Source of the DNA: Candidatus Sulfopaludibacter sp. SbA3 | Lineage (GTDB): Bacteria > Acidobacteriota > Vicinamibacteria > Vicinamibacterales > UBA2999 | Reading direction: 5' to 3' | Assembly: GCA_945903265.1 (NCBI GenBank) | Contig: CAMDNQ010000009.1 | Coordinates: 75,664 to 139,663, forward strand | DNA length: 64,000 nucleotides | Part shown: piece by piece, positions 7,977-16,159 of the stretch | Layout: each line of letters begins with the position of its first letter | Numbering within the stretch: position 1 is the stretch's first letter | Notes under the pieces: model-generated | What the model saw: the letters and a program-made list of their open reading frames with translations, nothing else | Databases searched by the model: none | Told to the model about the DNA's origin: nothing | Translations under genes and position numbers: made by a program

Positions 7977-9943
7977 GCGAGCTCCGATACCGCCCGGCCG
8001 CGCCGAGCCTGCAGGGCGGTTGTAAACGCCGCCGCGAGCGACGCGATGTCGAGACAGTGGTACTCGAGGACTTCGTCGTTCGTGCCGCATTGCGGCAGCT
8101 CGGTCACCCCGAGCGACGACACGGTCACCGCCGGGTCGAGTCCAAGCCGCGCGATGGCCGCGGCCAGCATCTGCCCCTGGCCGCCGTCCAGGTAGTGATT
8201 GTCGAGCGTCACCACCTGGCGCGCGCCGCCAATGGTGTCCTTCAGCCAGACGGAATCGACGCGATTGAGCCAGGCAAGATTGACGATCTTGATCGTGGCC
8301 CCGGCCTTGCGCTGAACGTCCTCGGCCGCGTGCCACGCGTTGGACAGCAGCCACGGCCCGTACCCGAACACGACGAGGTCGCTGCCGTCACGCACGGTCC
8401 ATCCGCGCCCGACCTGCACGCGCTGGTCTGCGGGATAGGCAAACGGCACCGGCCACTTCACGGAGACGAGACGGAGATACGCGCTCTCCGCGGCGGTCGT
8501 GACGAAGTAGTCGAACAACGCGGTGACTTCGGCTTCGAGAGCCGGTTCGGCCAGCACCAGATTCGGCACCGCGCCCAGCGCGCTGATGTCGCGCACCGAC
8601 TGGTGCGAATGTCCCGGACCGCCAGGCAGCAGGCCGGCGAGGGACCCGACGTAAATCACCTTCGAGCCTTCGCTGCACTGGTTGTAAATCTGCTCGTTGG
8701 GCCGCGCGGCCAGAAAACAGGCGAATGAATGCGCCACCGGCAGGTACGTGCGGTGGGCCATGCCGCAGGCCATCGACACCATGTCCTGCTCCGCGATGCC
8801 GCACTCGACGAACCGCTCGGGGTACTTCTCCGCGAATGGCACAAGCCCGCAGTCCTTCACCAGGTCCGCGTCGAGCACGATCAGGCGGTCGTGACGGCCG
8901 CCCTGGGCGACGAGCGCGTCGCGGTAGGCCGCGATGAGGTTCTGCGTATCGCGCGGCTCGCGCCGCGCCGGCCGGCGGCCGGTGCGGGTGGCCAGCGCGC
9001 CGAGGCCCGCCGCTTCGAAGAGCCTCTGCGCGCGTGTCAGCAGTTCGGCAGACCCGCGCGCGTATTCGTCCTCGGTTGGCGCGCCCGAGTGATACGCGTA
9101 GAGCTCGCCGGCCTTCATCGACGGCCCTTCCATGAAGGACACGCCTTTCCCCTTCACGGTGTCGGCAATGAGGATCTTCGGCCGGTCGGTGACGCCATCG
9201 AGCGCGCGGAACGCCGATGCCAGACCCGCGATGTCATGCCCGTCCACGCGCGAGACGTGCCATCCGAAGGCGCGCAGCTTGGCGTCGAGATCTCCCAGGT
9301 CGCTGACATCGGCCACCCACGTGTCCGACTGGATCTTGTTGCGGTCGACGATGACCACCAGCTCGCCGAGGCGGGCGTGCACCGCCGACGGGAGCGACTC
9401 CCAGAACTGCCCTTCCTGCAACTCGCCGTCGCCGGTCAGCACGAAGATGCGACGCGGCGCGCCCGCGAGACGATTGGCCAGCGCCATCCCCTTCGCCTTC
9501 GAAATGCCCATGCCGAGCGACCCGGTGTTCGCCTGGATGTAGGGCGTCTCGACATGCGGGTGGCCGGGAAGGCCATGCAGGCGACGCAGATGATCGAGCT
9601 TGTCTTCGGGCAGGAGGCCCAGGCCGATGAGCACCGTGTAGAGCGCCGGCGCATCGTGTCCCTTCGACGAGAAGAAAATGTCACACGCCGCCGGCCCCCG
9701 ATCGAGATCGCGGATCTCATTCAGGAAGAGCCAGCTCATGATGTCGAGCGAGCTGAAGCTGGTGCCGAGGTGGCCCGACCACGCGCGCGCAATCATGTAC
9801 AGGACGTTCACCCGCGCCAGCGCCGCGAACGCCTCCGCCGTGAGGCCGGGCGCGAGTCCGGCGGCCCTGAGGCGGCGGAATTCCTGCGCCGGGATGTAGA
9901 CGAGCTCGTCGCTCGCTACCTGATCGAGCTGTTGTTCACCCAT
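7973..9943 (-). CDS. transketolase-family ThDP enzyme (N-terminal, Pyr and C-terminal domains in one 656-aa chain)
   Basis: GHPHVETPYIQANTGSLGMGISKAKG, ThDP motif LTGDGELQEGQFWES, EQDMVSMACGMA. ATG 9943 confirmed; 28-nt overlap with the upstream gene. Confidence 0.85.
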   Translation of the reverse strand: MGEQQLDQVASDELVYIPAQEFRRLRAAGLAPGLTAEAFAALARVNVLYMIARAWSGHLGTSFSSLDIMSWLFLNEIRDLDRGPAACDIFFSSKGHDAPALYTVLIGLGLLPEDKLDHLRRLHGLPGHPHVETPYIQANTGSLGMGISKAKGMALANRLAGAPRRIFVLTGDGELQEGQFWESLPSAVHARLGELVVIVDRNKIQSDTWVADVSDLGDLDAKLRAFGWHVSRVDGHDIAGLASAFRALDGVTDRPKILIADTVKGKGVSFMEGPSMKAGELYAYHSGAPTEDEYARGSAELLTRAQRLFEAAGLGALATRTGRRPARREPRDTQNLIAAYRDALVAQGGRHDRLIVLDADLVKDCGLVPFAEKYPERFVECGIAEQDMVSMACGMAHRTYLPVAHSFACFLAARPNEQIYNQCSEGSKVIYVGSLAGLLPGGPGHSHQSVRDISALGAVPNLVLAEPALEAEVTALFDYFVTTAAESAYLRLVSVKWPVPFAYPADQRVQVGRGWTVRDGSDLVVFGYGPWLLSNAWHAAEDVQRKAGATIKIVNLAWLNRVDSVWLKDTIGGARQVVTLDNHYLDGGQGQMLAAAIARLGLDPAVTVSSLGVTELPQCGTNDEVLEYHCLDIASLAAAFTTALQARRGRAVSELA

Positions 9944-10689
9944 GGATCCTCGTACGGCGCCTGCGGCACCGGCGGCAGGGACGCGTCCCCGCCCGCCACC
10001 ACGCGCTCGGCCACCATCCAGTCATATTGGTCGTTGATATCGAACCCTTCATAGCCTTCGGTGAAAAACGGCACGATCACGTCGCCCGCGATCGTGCGGC
10101 CGTCCGCCACCACCCGCGTCCATGCCATCTCGAGTGACGCGTTCTGCACGTAGACGGGCGGCAGCGCCTGGTACGGCGTGCTGTGCCACGGCTGCCCCTT
10201 CGGCGCACCAGGCAGGAGCGGGGACATGCGATCGCCGTCCACCACCCACATCTTGCCGGGATGCTGCGCGCACTTCTCAACGGCCCGCAGCGAGTCCGCG
10301 CCCGGCTGGCTGCTGAACCGCGACCAGGCCCGGCGGATGGTCGCCGCGGTCCGGAACGGGCTGGTCGGCCGCAGCAGGCTGAAGCACTCCCACGTCCGCC
10401 CCTGGCGCTTCAGCTCCGCCAGTGTGTACTCCACCCACTCGATGTCCGGCGAGGTGTCGCCCGCGAACTGTCCCGGCCGCAGGAACGGCACCTCGGCGCC
10501 GTAATGACGGGCGAGCGCCGCAATCTCCTCTGAATCCGTCGAGACGATGACCGCGTCGAACACGCCGCTCTCGAGCGCCGGCGCGATCGTGTACGCGATC
10601 GCCGGATGCGCCCCGAGCCGCCGCACGTTCTTGCCAGGGACACGCTTGGAACCCTGGCGGGCGGGAATCAAGGCTACCGCTGTGCTCAC
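9916..10689 (-). CDS. acylneuraminate (nonulosonate/ulosonate) cytidylyltransferase family protein
   Basis: VALIPARQGSKRVPGKNVRRLGAHPAIAYTI, VIVSTDSEEIA, LLRPTSPFR (CTP_transf_3 pattern). GTG start at 10689. Confidence 0.85.
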   Translation of the reverse strand: MSTAVALIPARQGSKRVPGKNVRRLGAHPAIAYTIAPALESGVFDAVIVSTDSEEIAALARHYGAEVPFLRPGQFAGDTSPDIEWVEYTLAELKRQGRTWECFSLLRPTSPFRTAATIRRAWSRFSSQPGADSLRAVEKCAQHPGKMWVVDGDRMSPLLPGAPKGQPWHSTPYQALPPVYVQNASLEMAWTRVVADGRTIAGDVIVPFFTEGYEGFDINDQYDWMVAERVVAGGDASLPPVPQAPYEDPWVNNSSIR

Positions 10690-10705
10690 TTCTACGTTCT
10701 CGCTG

Positions 10706-10797
10706 CTCGGTTCGTGTTCACGTGCGGTTCGCCGTTCATGTTCGGCCTTCGCGTTCGACGTTCACGAACCGAACCCCGAACCTGAACACGAACCGAG
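10706..10797. repeat. long imperfect palindrome in the only large intergenic gap (15-bp perfect outer arms, GTTC/GAAC-rich interior)
   Basis: CTCGGTTCGTGTTCA (10706..10720) is the exact reverse complement of TGAACACGAACCGAG (10783..10797). An inner pair is CGGTTCG (10725..10731) / CGAACCG (10765..10771). Across the gap, eight GTTC tetramers are followed by seven GAAC tetramers. Confidence 0.6.
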
Positions 10798-10830
10798 AAG
10801 AGAGAACCCAGAAGCGTGAACGACACGGGT

Positions 10831-12306
10831 TCAGACGCCCTGTGGGTTGTGGTTGATGTAGACGGTCTTCAGGTCCGAGTAGACGTCGAGCGCCTGCGTG
10901 CCCGCCTCGCGCCACCCGTTTCCTGACTGCCGCAATCCGCCGAACGGCATGTGCGGCTCGCTGCCGTAGGTCCCGCCGTTCACGACCGCCACGCCCGACT
11001 GGATGCGGCCGATGAACGCCATCGCGCGATTGATGTTCTGCGTGTGAATCGACGCCGTCAGCCCGAACGGCGAATCGTTGGCGAGCGCGATGGCCTCTTC
11101 GAAGCCGCTGACGCGATAGAGGCACGTGATGGGACCGAACAGTTCCGCGCGCGAAATCTCGTCGTTCGGCCCGACATGCTCGATGATCGTCGGGGCCACA
11201 AAGAACCCGTCGCCGAATGCCTTGCCGGTAAGCCGGTGCCCGCCCGTGAGCACCACCGCTCCTGCAGCCTTCGCGCGATCCACCGACGCCAGCATGCCCG
11301 TCATCTGCTCGCCGTTGATCACCGGACCGTAATCGTCGGTATCCGCGGTGCCGACCTTCAGCTTCGACGCGGCGGCCACGAGCATCTGGCGGAACGCCTC
11401 GTACACCGCGTCGAACACGATGATGCGGCTGCCCGCGGCGCACCGCTGCCCGGCGTTGCTGAACGCGGAGCCCAGCGTCCACGTCACTGCGTTGGCGAGA
11501 TCCGCGTCGTCGCAGACGATGAGTGGATTCTTGCCGCCAAGTTCGAGGCACACTTTCGCGAGCCGGCGCCCGGCGGTCGCGGCAATCCACCGGCCGACTT
11601 CGCAGGAGCCCGTGAAACTGATCACGGCGACGTCCGGATGCTCGACCAGCGGCGCACCCGCCTCTTCGCCCAGGCCGTGAAGCGTGGTGTAGACACCGTC
11701 GGGGACGCCGGCCTCACGGGCGAGCACGCCGAATGCCCAGGCGGAAAGCGGCGTATCTTCCGAGGTCTTCAGAATCGCGGCGTTGCCGCACAGCAGCGCC
11801 GGGAACGCCTTCCAGGCGACATTGGCGATCGGGGTATTCGCAGCGATGATCAGCCCGGCGACACCGAGCGGCTGGCGAATCACCATCGCGGACTTATTGG
11901 GCACCGCGCTCGTCGTCGTCTGGCCGTAGAACCGGCGGCCCTCGCCGGCGACGAAGAATCCCATCTCGATGGCGGCGTCGGTTTCGCCGAGGGCGTCCTT
12001 GCGCGACTTGCCCGTTTCCAGCGCGACGAGCTCCGCGATGGCGCTGCGGTGCTCGCGCATCAGAAGCGCGATCTGACGCAGGATATCGCCCCGCTTCACC
12101 ACGGTTGTCGCGGCCCACGCCGGCTGGGCCTTGAGCCCGGCGCTGACGGCGCGTTCGACATCCGCGGCGCCGGACCGCGCCACCTCGCAGAGCGGCGCGC
12201 CGGTGGCGGGATTGAGCTTCGAGAACGTGCGCCCATCCTGCGAAGGCGCGTCCTGTCCGCCGATCTGATTCAGGACCACCGCGGGAACGGCCGACAGGCT
12301 CACCAT
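10831..12306 (-). CDS. NAD(P)+-dependent aldehyde dehydrogenase family protein
   Basis: 491 aa; ALDH signatures LELGGKNP (catalytic Glu), FSNAGQRCAAGSR (catalytic Cys), EPHMPFGG. Confidence 0.9.
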   Translation of the reverse strand: MVSLSAVPAVVLNQIGGQDAPSQDGRTFSKLNPATGAPLCEVARSGAADVERAVSAGLKAQPAWAATTVVKRGDILRQIALLMREHRSAIAELVALETGKSRKDALGETDAAIEMGFFVAGEGRRFYGQTTTSAVPNKSAMVIRQPLGVAGLIIAANTPIANVAWKAFPALLCGNAAILKTSEDTPLSAWAFGVLAREAGVPDGVYTTLHGLGEEAGAPLVEHPDVAVISFTGSCEVGRWIAATAGRRLAKVCLELGGKNPLIVCDDADLANAVTWTLGSAFSNAGQRCAAGSRIIVFDAVYEAFRQMLVAAASKLKVGTADTDDYGPVINGEQMTGMLASVDRAKAAGAVVLTGGHRLTGKAFGDGFFVAPTIIEHVGPNDEISRAELFGPITCLYRVSGFEEAIALANDSPFGLTASIHTQNINRAMAFIGRIQSGVAVVNGGTYGSEPHMPFGGLRQSGNGWREAGTQALDVYSDLKTVYINHNPQGV

Positions 12307-13112
12307 GCCGTAAACCCGCCGTCGACACGCAGCTCGTGGCCGGTCACATACGTCGAGGCATCCGAGGCGAGGAACACGAGGGGCCCTTTCAGATCCGCCG
12401 CCTGGGCCATGCGGCCCAGCGGAACGCGTGCCGAATACTTCGTCTTGAACGACTCGTCCTGCCCGGCGAGCACGCCGCCGGGCGAGAGCGTGTTGACGCG
12501 CACACCGGATGGTCCCCAGAGGGTTGCAAAGTATTTCGCCAGATTGACCACGGCCGCTTTCGAGGCGCCGTACGCCGGCGATTTCAGGAACGGAAGGTCG
12601 CCGGCAAGGTGATCGTAGAACCGCTGATCGGGCGACACCGACGCATACAGCGACCCGATGTTGATAATGGACCCGCGCGACGCGTCAACCATCCGCTGAC
12701 CCGCAATCTGCGTCACCTGGAACGTGCCGAGCAGATTCACTTCCACCATCCGGCGAAACTGCTCGATTGGCAGGTCGTCGATCCGCGACCGGTTGCCACC
12801 GGAGTCGGGCGGCTGGTCGACGCCAGCGTTATTCACGAGAATCGCCGGTTCGCCAAACTGGCGGACCAGGGCCTCAACCGCCGCTTCGATGGAGGCTCGC
12901 TGCGTCACGTCGCAGTCGAAGCGCCGCAGCCGGTCGCCCGCGCGGCTGGCGAGCGCGGTAAACGCCGGCGAGGGTGCGGCTCCCGGAAGGTCGAGGGCCG
13001 CCACCGTTGCGCCCGCGTCGAGCAAGGCCTCCGCCCAGATGGGACCGAGCTTCCCGGTCGCCCCGGTCACCACCGCGGTACGGCCGTCGAGTTGGAACAG
13101 CGGCTGGCTCAC
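12300..13112 (-). CDS. short-chain dehydrogenase/reductase (classical SDR)
   Basis: TAVVTGATGKLG cofactor loop, NNAG, SLYASVSP...YGASKAA (YxxxK). Confidence 0.9.
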   Translation of the reverse strand: MSQPLFQLDGRTAVVTGATGKLGPIWAEALLDAGATVAALDLPGAAPSPAFTALASRAGDRLRRFDCDVTQRASIEAAVEALVRQFGEPAILVNNAGVDQPPDSGGNRSRIDDLPIEQFRRMVEVNLLGTFQVTQIAGQRMVDASRGSIINIGSLYASVSPDQRFYDHLAGDLPFLKSPAYGASKAAVVNLAKYFATLWGPSGVRVNTLSPGGVLAGQDESFKTKYSARVPLGRMAQAADLKGPLVFLASDASTYVTGHELRVDGGFTAW

Positions 13113-14188
13113 GAACGCGCGAAGGCCGCGCTGGCTTTGCCGCTCAGCACGTCGTAGGACAGCACGTCGTCCTCATGGAGTGCCGCGTTCGTCGTGCGGC
13201 CGATGACCGCCTCCAGTTCGTAGGGCGGAATTCCGCCGCCGGGCGACTTCATCACGATGTCGGCCGCGGTCAGGACGTGGCCGGCCGGGAGGTCGCGCGC
13301 GACCACCAGGCTCTTGCCCATCTTCACGATCGGCGCCTTCTCACTCTCGTAGATCTTCTTCACCCCGTCCCCGAGCGCCTCGTGCGTGCGCTCGAGGTCG
13401 CGAACCAACTTGCGCAGGCCGACCGGCTCGAGCGAGAACGCGTGGTCGGTCCCCTTCATGGCGCGGTTCAGCGTGAAGTGCTTCTCCACGACGCGCGCGC
13501 CGAGCACGTAGGCGGCAACCGACATAGCGATGCCGCTGTCGTGGCCCGAGAACCCGATGACGGCCCCGGGGAACTCGCGGCGGTACTGCTCGATGACGCG
13601 CAGGTCGAGTTCCTCGAACGCGGCCGGATAGCCGGCGGTGCACTGGAGAATGGCGAGCTGCGGGTTGATCGGCATGATCGTGTCGTACACGCGCCGGACG
13701 TCCTCAAACAAGGCGCCGCCGGTGGAGACGATCATCGGCTTGCCGAAGGCGGCGACGTGCTTCAGGAGCGGCAGGCTTTTCACATCGCCCGACGCAATCT
13801 TGTAGGCCGGCATGCCGATCTCTTCGAGGAAGTCGGCGCTGCGGGCGTCGAACGCGGTGGCGAAAAATTCGATGCCCAGCTCTTTCGCATACGCCTGCAG
13901 CTCGACGTACTCCTTCCGTTCGAATTCGAGGAAGGCGCGATGCTCGCCGTAGGTCGGGCCGAAGCTGTTTTCGTTGTCGTACGGCTTGTTATACGCGGCC
14001 CGCGTATACAGCCCCCGGTTGTCGCGCTTCTGGAGCTTCACCGCGTGCGCGCCGGCGAGCTTCGCCTCGTGGAACAGCTCGCGCGCTTTCTGCAGGCTCC
14101 CCTGATGGTTGTGCCCGATTTCCGCAATCACATAGCACGGGGTGCTGTCGCCGATCTCGTGCCGCCCGATGCGCATGCTGCCTGCCAT
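13109..14188 (-). CDS. nonulosonic acid (sialic-acid-type) synthase, NeuB family, resembling the animal NANS (9-phosphate-forming) subtype, with C-terminal SAF domain
   Basis: CYVIAEIGHNHQGSL, KLQKR, FGPTYGEHRAFLEFERKEY, LQCTAGYP, GFSGHDSGIAMSVAAYVLGARVVEKHFTL, KGTDHAFSLEP. ATG 14188 (MAGSMRIGRHEIG). Confidence 0.88.
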   Translation of the reverse strand: MAGSMRIGRHEIGDSTPCYVIAEIGHNHQGSLQKARELFHEAKLAGAHAVKLQKRDNRGLYTRAAYNKPYDNENSFGPTYGEHRAFLEFERKEYVELQAYAKELGIEFFATAFDARSADFLEEIGMPAYKIASGDVKSLPLLKHVAAFGKPMIVSTGGALFEDVRRVYDTIMPINPQLAILQCTAGYPAAFEELDLRVIEQYRREFPGAVIGFSGHDSGIAMSVAAYVLGARVVEKHFTLNRAMKGTDHAFSLEPVGLRKLVRDLERTHEALGDGVKKIYESEKAPIVKMGKSLVVARDLPAGHVLTAADIVMKSPGGGIPPYELEAVIGRTTNAALHEDDVLSYDVLSGKASAAFARS

Positions 14189-14205
14189 CCTGAGTGCTCC
14201 TGTGG

Positions 14206-15126
14206 TTATGTCCGGACCATCGGGCGCAGCTGCGCCACGAGCTGGTCCCACCCGTATTCCTGGGCGATTTCGCGCGCCGACTGGCCGATCCGCGTCGCCT
14301 CGTCAATGCCGGGCAGGCGATCGCACCGGTTGATGTCGATGACGTTCTTCATGTGGGCGATGCCCGCGGGCGAGTGCTCATCCAGGTTCGTGATGACCGC
14401 ACAACCGCACTCCATCGCGGCGTTCACCGTGGTGTTGTTGGCGCGCAGACCTTTTTCGAAGAAGGCGGCCAGAAACGTGCAGTCCATCAGCTGGTTATAG
14501 ACGGCGGTATCCGACAGATACCCCATGAAATACACCTGGCCGTCGAAGAGCGCTTCCAGTTCCTTGAAGCGGACGACGAACGAATCGTCGAAGCTCGTGT
14601 TCTCGTGGAGCGCCGTCGACACGTAGATTGAGTACGTCTGACCGGTCGCCGCGAGCAGATCCCGAAGGCGCCGGTACAGCGGCACGCGAATCTTGTGCGC
14701 CATGCCGAAGGTGAACACCGACAGATCCGACCGCTGAAAGCGCTGCGGGTTGAGAAGCGTACCCGGGCAGAACGACTCCTGGATATCGGGCCGCAGGGGA
14801 CTCAGCTTGTGGAAGAGCTCCCGGTTCCCGCACGACACGCGCGCGGCGGCCGCCACCAGCCGGCGTTCGACCTCCGTCCCGTCGTACGCATGCAGGAACA
14901 GCTCGAAGCGGCCGCGATGCGCGGCGCTCCACATGTCCAGGTCGGCCACATCCGCCGGCGAAAATTCCGACAGCTTCAATGACAGGAGCGGCAGCCGGAA
15001 GTCGCCGAGCTCCACGGCGCGCAGGCCGACCACCGGGACCCCGAATTTCGCGGCGAGGATCTCGTTGAACTTGGCAATCCCGCACGTCCACGGGTTGAGG
15101 TGATATCCGGCGATACAGTCGATCAT
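14206..15126 (-). CDS. hypothetical protein, possibly a divergent GT-B-like transferase
   Basis: 306-aa ORF (MIDCIAGYHLNPWTCGIAKF...). The only family-like feature is the C-terminal FFEKGLRANNTTVNAAMECGCAVITN, reminiscent of the GT4 E-x-F-G...EAMA-x-G-x-PVI motif. Confidence 0.6.
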   Translation of the reverse strand: MIDCIAGYHLNPWTCGIAKFNEILAAKFGVPVVGLRAVELGDFRLPLLSLKLSEFSPADVADLDMWSAAHRGRFELFLHAYDGTEVERRLVAAAARVSCGNRELFHKLSPLRPDIQESFCPGTLLNPQRFQRSDLSVFTFGMAHKIRVPLYRRLRDLLAATGQTYSIYVSTALHENTSFDDSFVVRFKELEALFDGQVYFMGYLSDTAVYNQLMDCTFLAAFFEKGLRANNTTVNAAMECGCAVITNLDEHSPAGIAHMKNVIDINRCDRLPGIDEATRIGQSAREIAQEYGWDQLVAQLRPMVRT

Positions 15127-15187
15127 CAGAAGTTGAACCGGGGTGGCGGAACGCGTGGAGGGCGTCGCGAAGCCCAGGTCCCGCCTG

Positions 15188-16159
15188 CTATGTCCTCGGA
15201 AGTTCTGATTTTACCGTATGTTGGGCGGTCCTGGACTCCACGACGTACCGCGGCCGGCTCCGCACTTCGTCCAGGGCCCGCCACACGTACTCGCCGACCC
15301 CGGCCAGCATCGCGAGGCCGATCCCCGAGAGGACCATCATCGCGCCCAGAAGCACGACGTGCGCGGGCGCCAGCACCCCCAAGGGGAGCCCCAGCGCGCC
15401 TGCGCCAGCCAGCGCCGCGCCCGCGACGGTGAGCACCAGCGCCGTCACCCAGCAGAGAGCCACCGGCACATCGGAAAACGCCGTCACGGAGTCCACGACC
15501 AGCTTGAGCTTCCTGCGGAGGGTCCACCCCGACGCGCCGTGGAGGCGCGCCTGTTTGTCGTACTCAACCTGCTCCTGACGAAAGCCGATCCACGTGATCA
15601 GCGCAAACACGCTGGTGTGGCGCTCGTGAAGCCGCCGGAAGACGTCGATGACCGCCCGGTCGATGAGAAAGAAATCAGCGCCCGCGGCCGGCATATCCTG
15701 CATTCCGACCACCCGCCGCATGATCCAGTAATAGAGGCGGGAGAACACCCCCTCGTGCGAGGCGCCCGGCACGCGGCGGCGCGACGCCCAGACGACGTGA
15801 GCCCCGTTCTGCCAGCGCGCCATCAGCGCCGGGATGACTTCAGGCGGATCCTGAAGGTCGGCGGCGAGGACCACCGCGGCACTCCCCTTCGCCTCGTCCA
15901 GTCCGCAGGTGATCGCCGCGTGTGAACCGCCATTGCGGGCGAGGCGGACGCACCGGACCCTGGGATCTCGAAGGGCAAGCTGCTGCACAGCGTCGAAGGT
16001 CTCGTCGCGCGAGTGATCGTCAACGACGATCCATTCCCAGGTCAGTCCGCCCGGCTCCAGCACCGACCGCAGGCGCTCGTAGAGCACAGGAAGATTGCGG
16101 GCCTCATTCCAGGCGGGCGTAATAACCGAGAGGCTCACGCTGTCCATGCTGGTGCTCAA
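15188..16159 (-). CDS. GT2 polyprenyl-phosphate glycosyltransferase (ArnC/GtrB/DPM1-like) with two C-terminal TM helices
   Basis: LSVITPAWNEARNLPVLYERL, WEWIVVDDHSRDETF, ARNGGSHAAI, ADLQDPPE. C-terminal hydrophobic stretches VPVALCWVTALVLTVAGAALAGAG and HVVLLGAMMVLSGIGLAMLAGVGEYV. Confidence 0.85.
   Translation of the reverse strand: MSTSMDSVSLSVITPAWNEARNLPVLYERLRSVLEPGGLTWEWIVVDDHSRDETFDAVQQLALRDPRVRCVRLARNGGSHAAITCGLDEAKGSAAVVLAADLQDPPEVIPALMARWQNGAHVVWASRRRVPGASHEGVFSRLYYWIMRRVVGMQDMPAAGADFFLIDRAVIDVFRRLHERHTSVFALITWIGFRQEQVEYDKQARLHGASGWTLRRKLKLVVDSVTAFSDVPVALCWVTALVLTVAGAALAGAGALGLPLGVLAPAHVVLLGAMMVLSGIGLAMLAGVGEYVWRALDEVRSRPRYVVESRTAQHTVKSELPRT

Noticed and set aside
10692-10739. 15-codon mini-ORF (MNGEPHVNTNRAART) on the minus strand inside the palindrome, ending 3 nt before the cytidylyltransferase start. 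It could be a leader peptide.
   Set aside because: It is too short and has no evident ribosome-binding site. It could arise by chance in the GAAC-rich arm. I mention it only as something ribosome profiling could test.
10706-10797. Reading the palindrome as a Rho-independent terminator.
   Set aside because: No U-tract follows the stem on the transcribed (minus) strand; the downstream sequence is CAGCGAGAACGUAGAAGUG. The stem-loop is far larger and more branched than typical intrinsic terminators.
15127-15187. 61-nt gap (also 45883..45906, 24 nt) as possible internal promoter or regulatory sites.
   Set aside because: I could not identify convincing -35/-10 elements, inverted repeats or a Shine-Dalgarno motif by eye. 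That is too little evidence to annotate.
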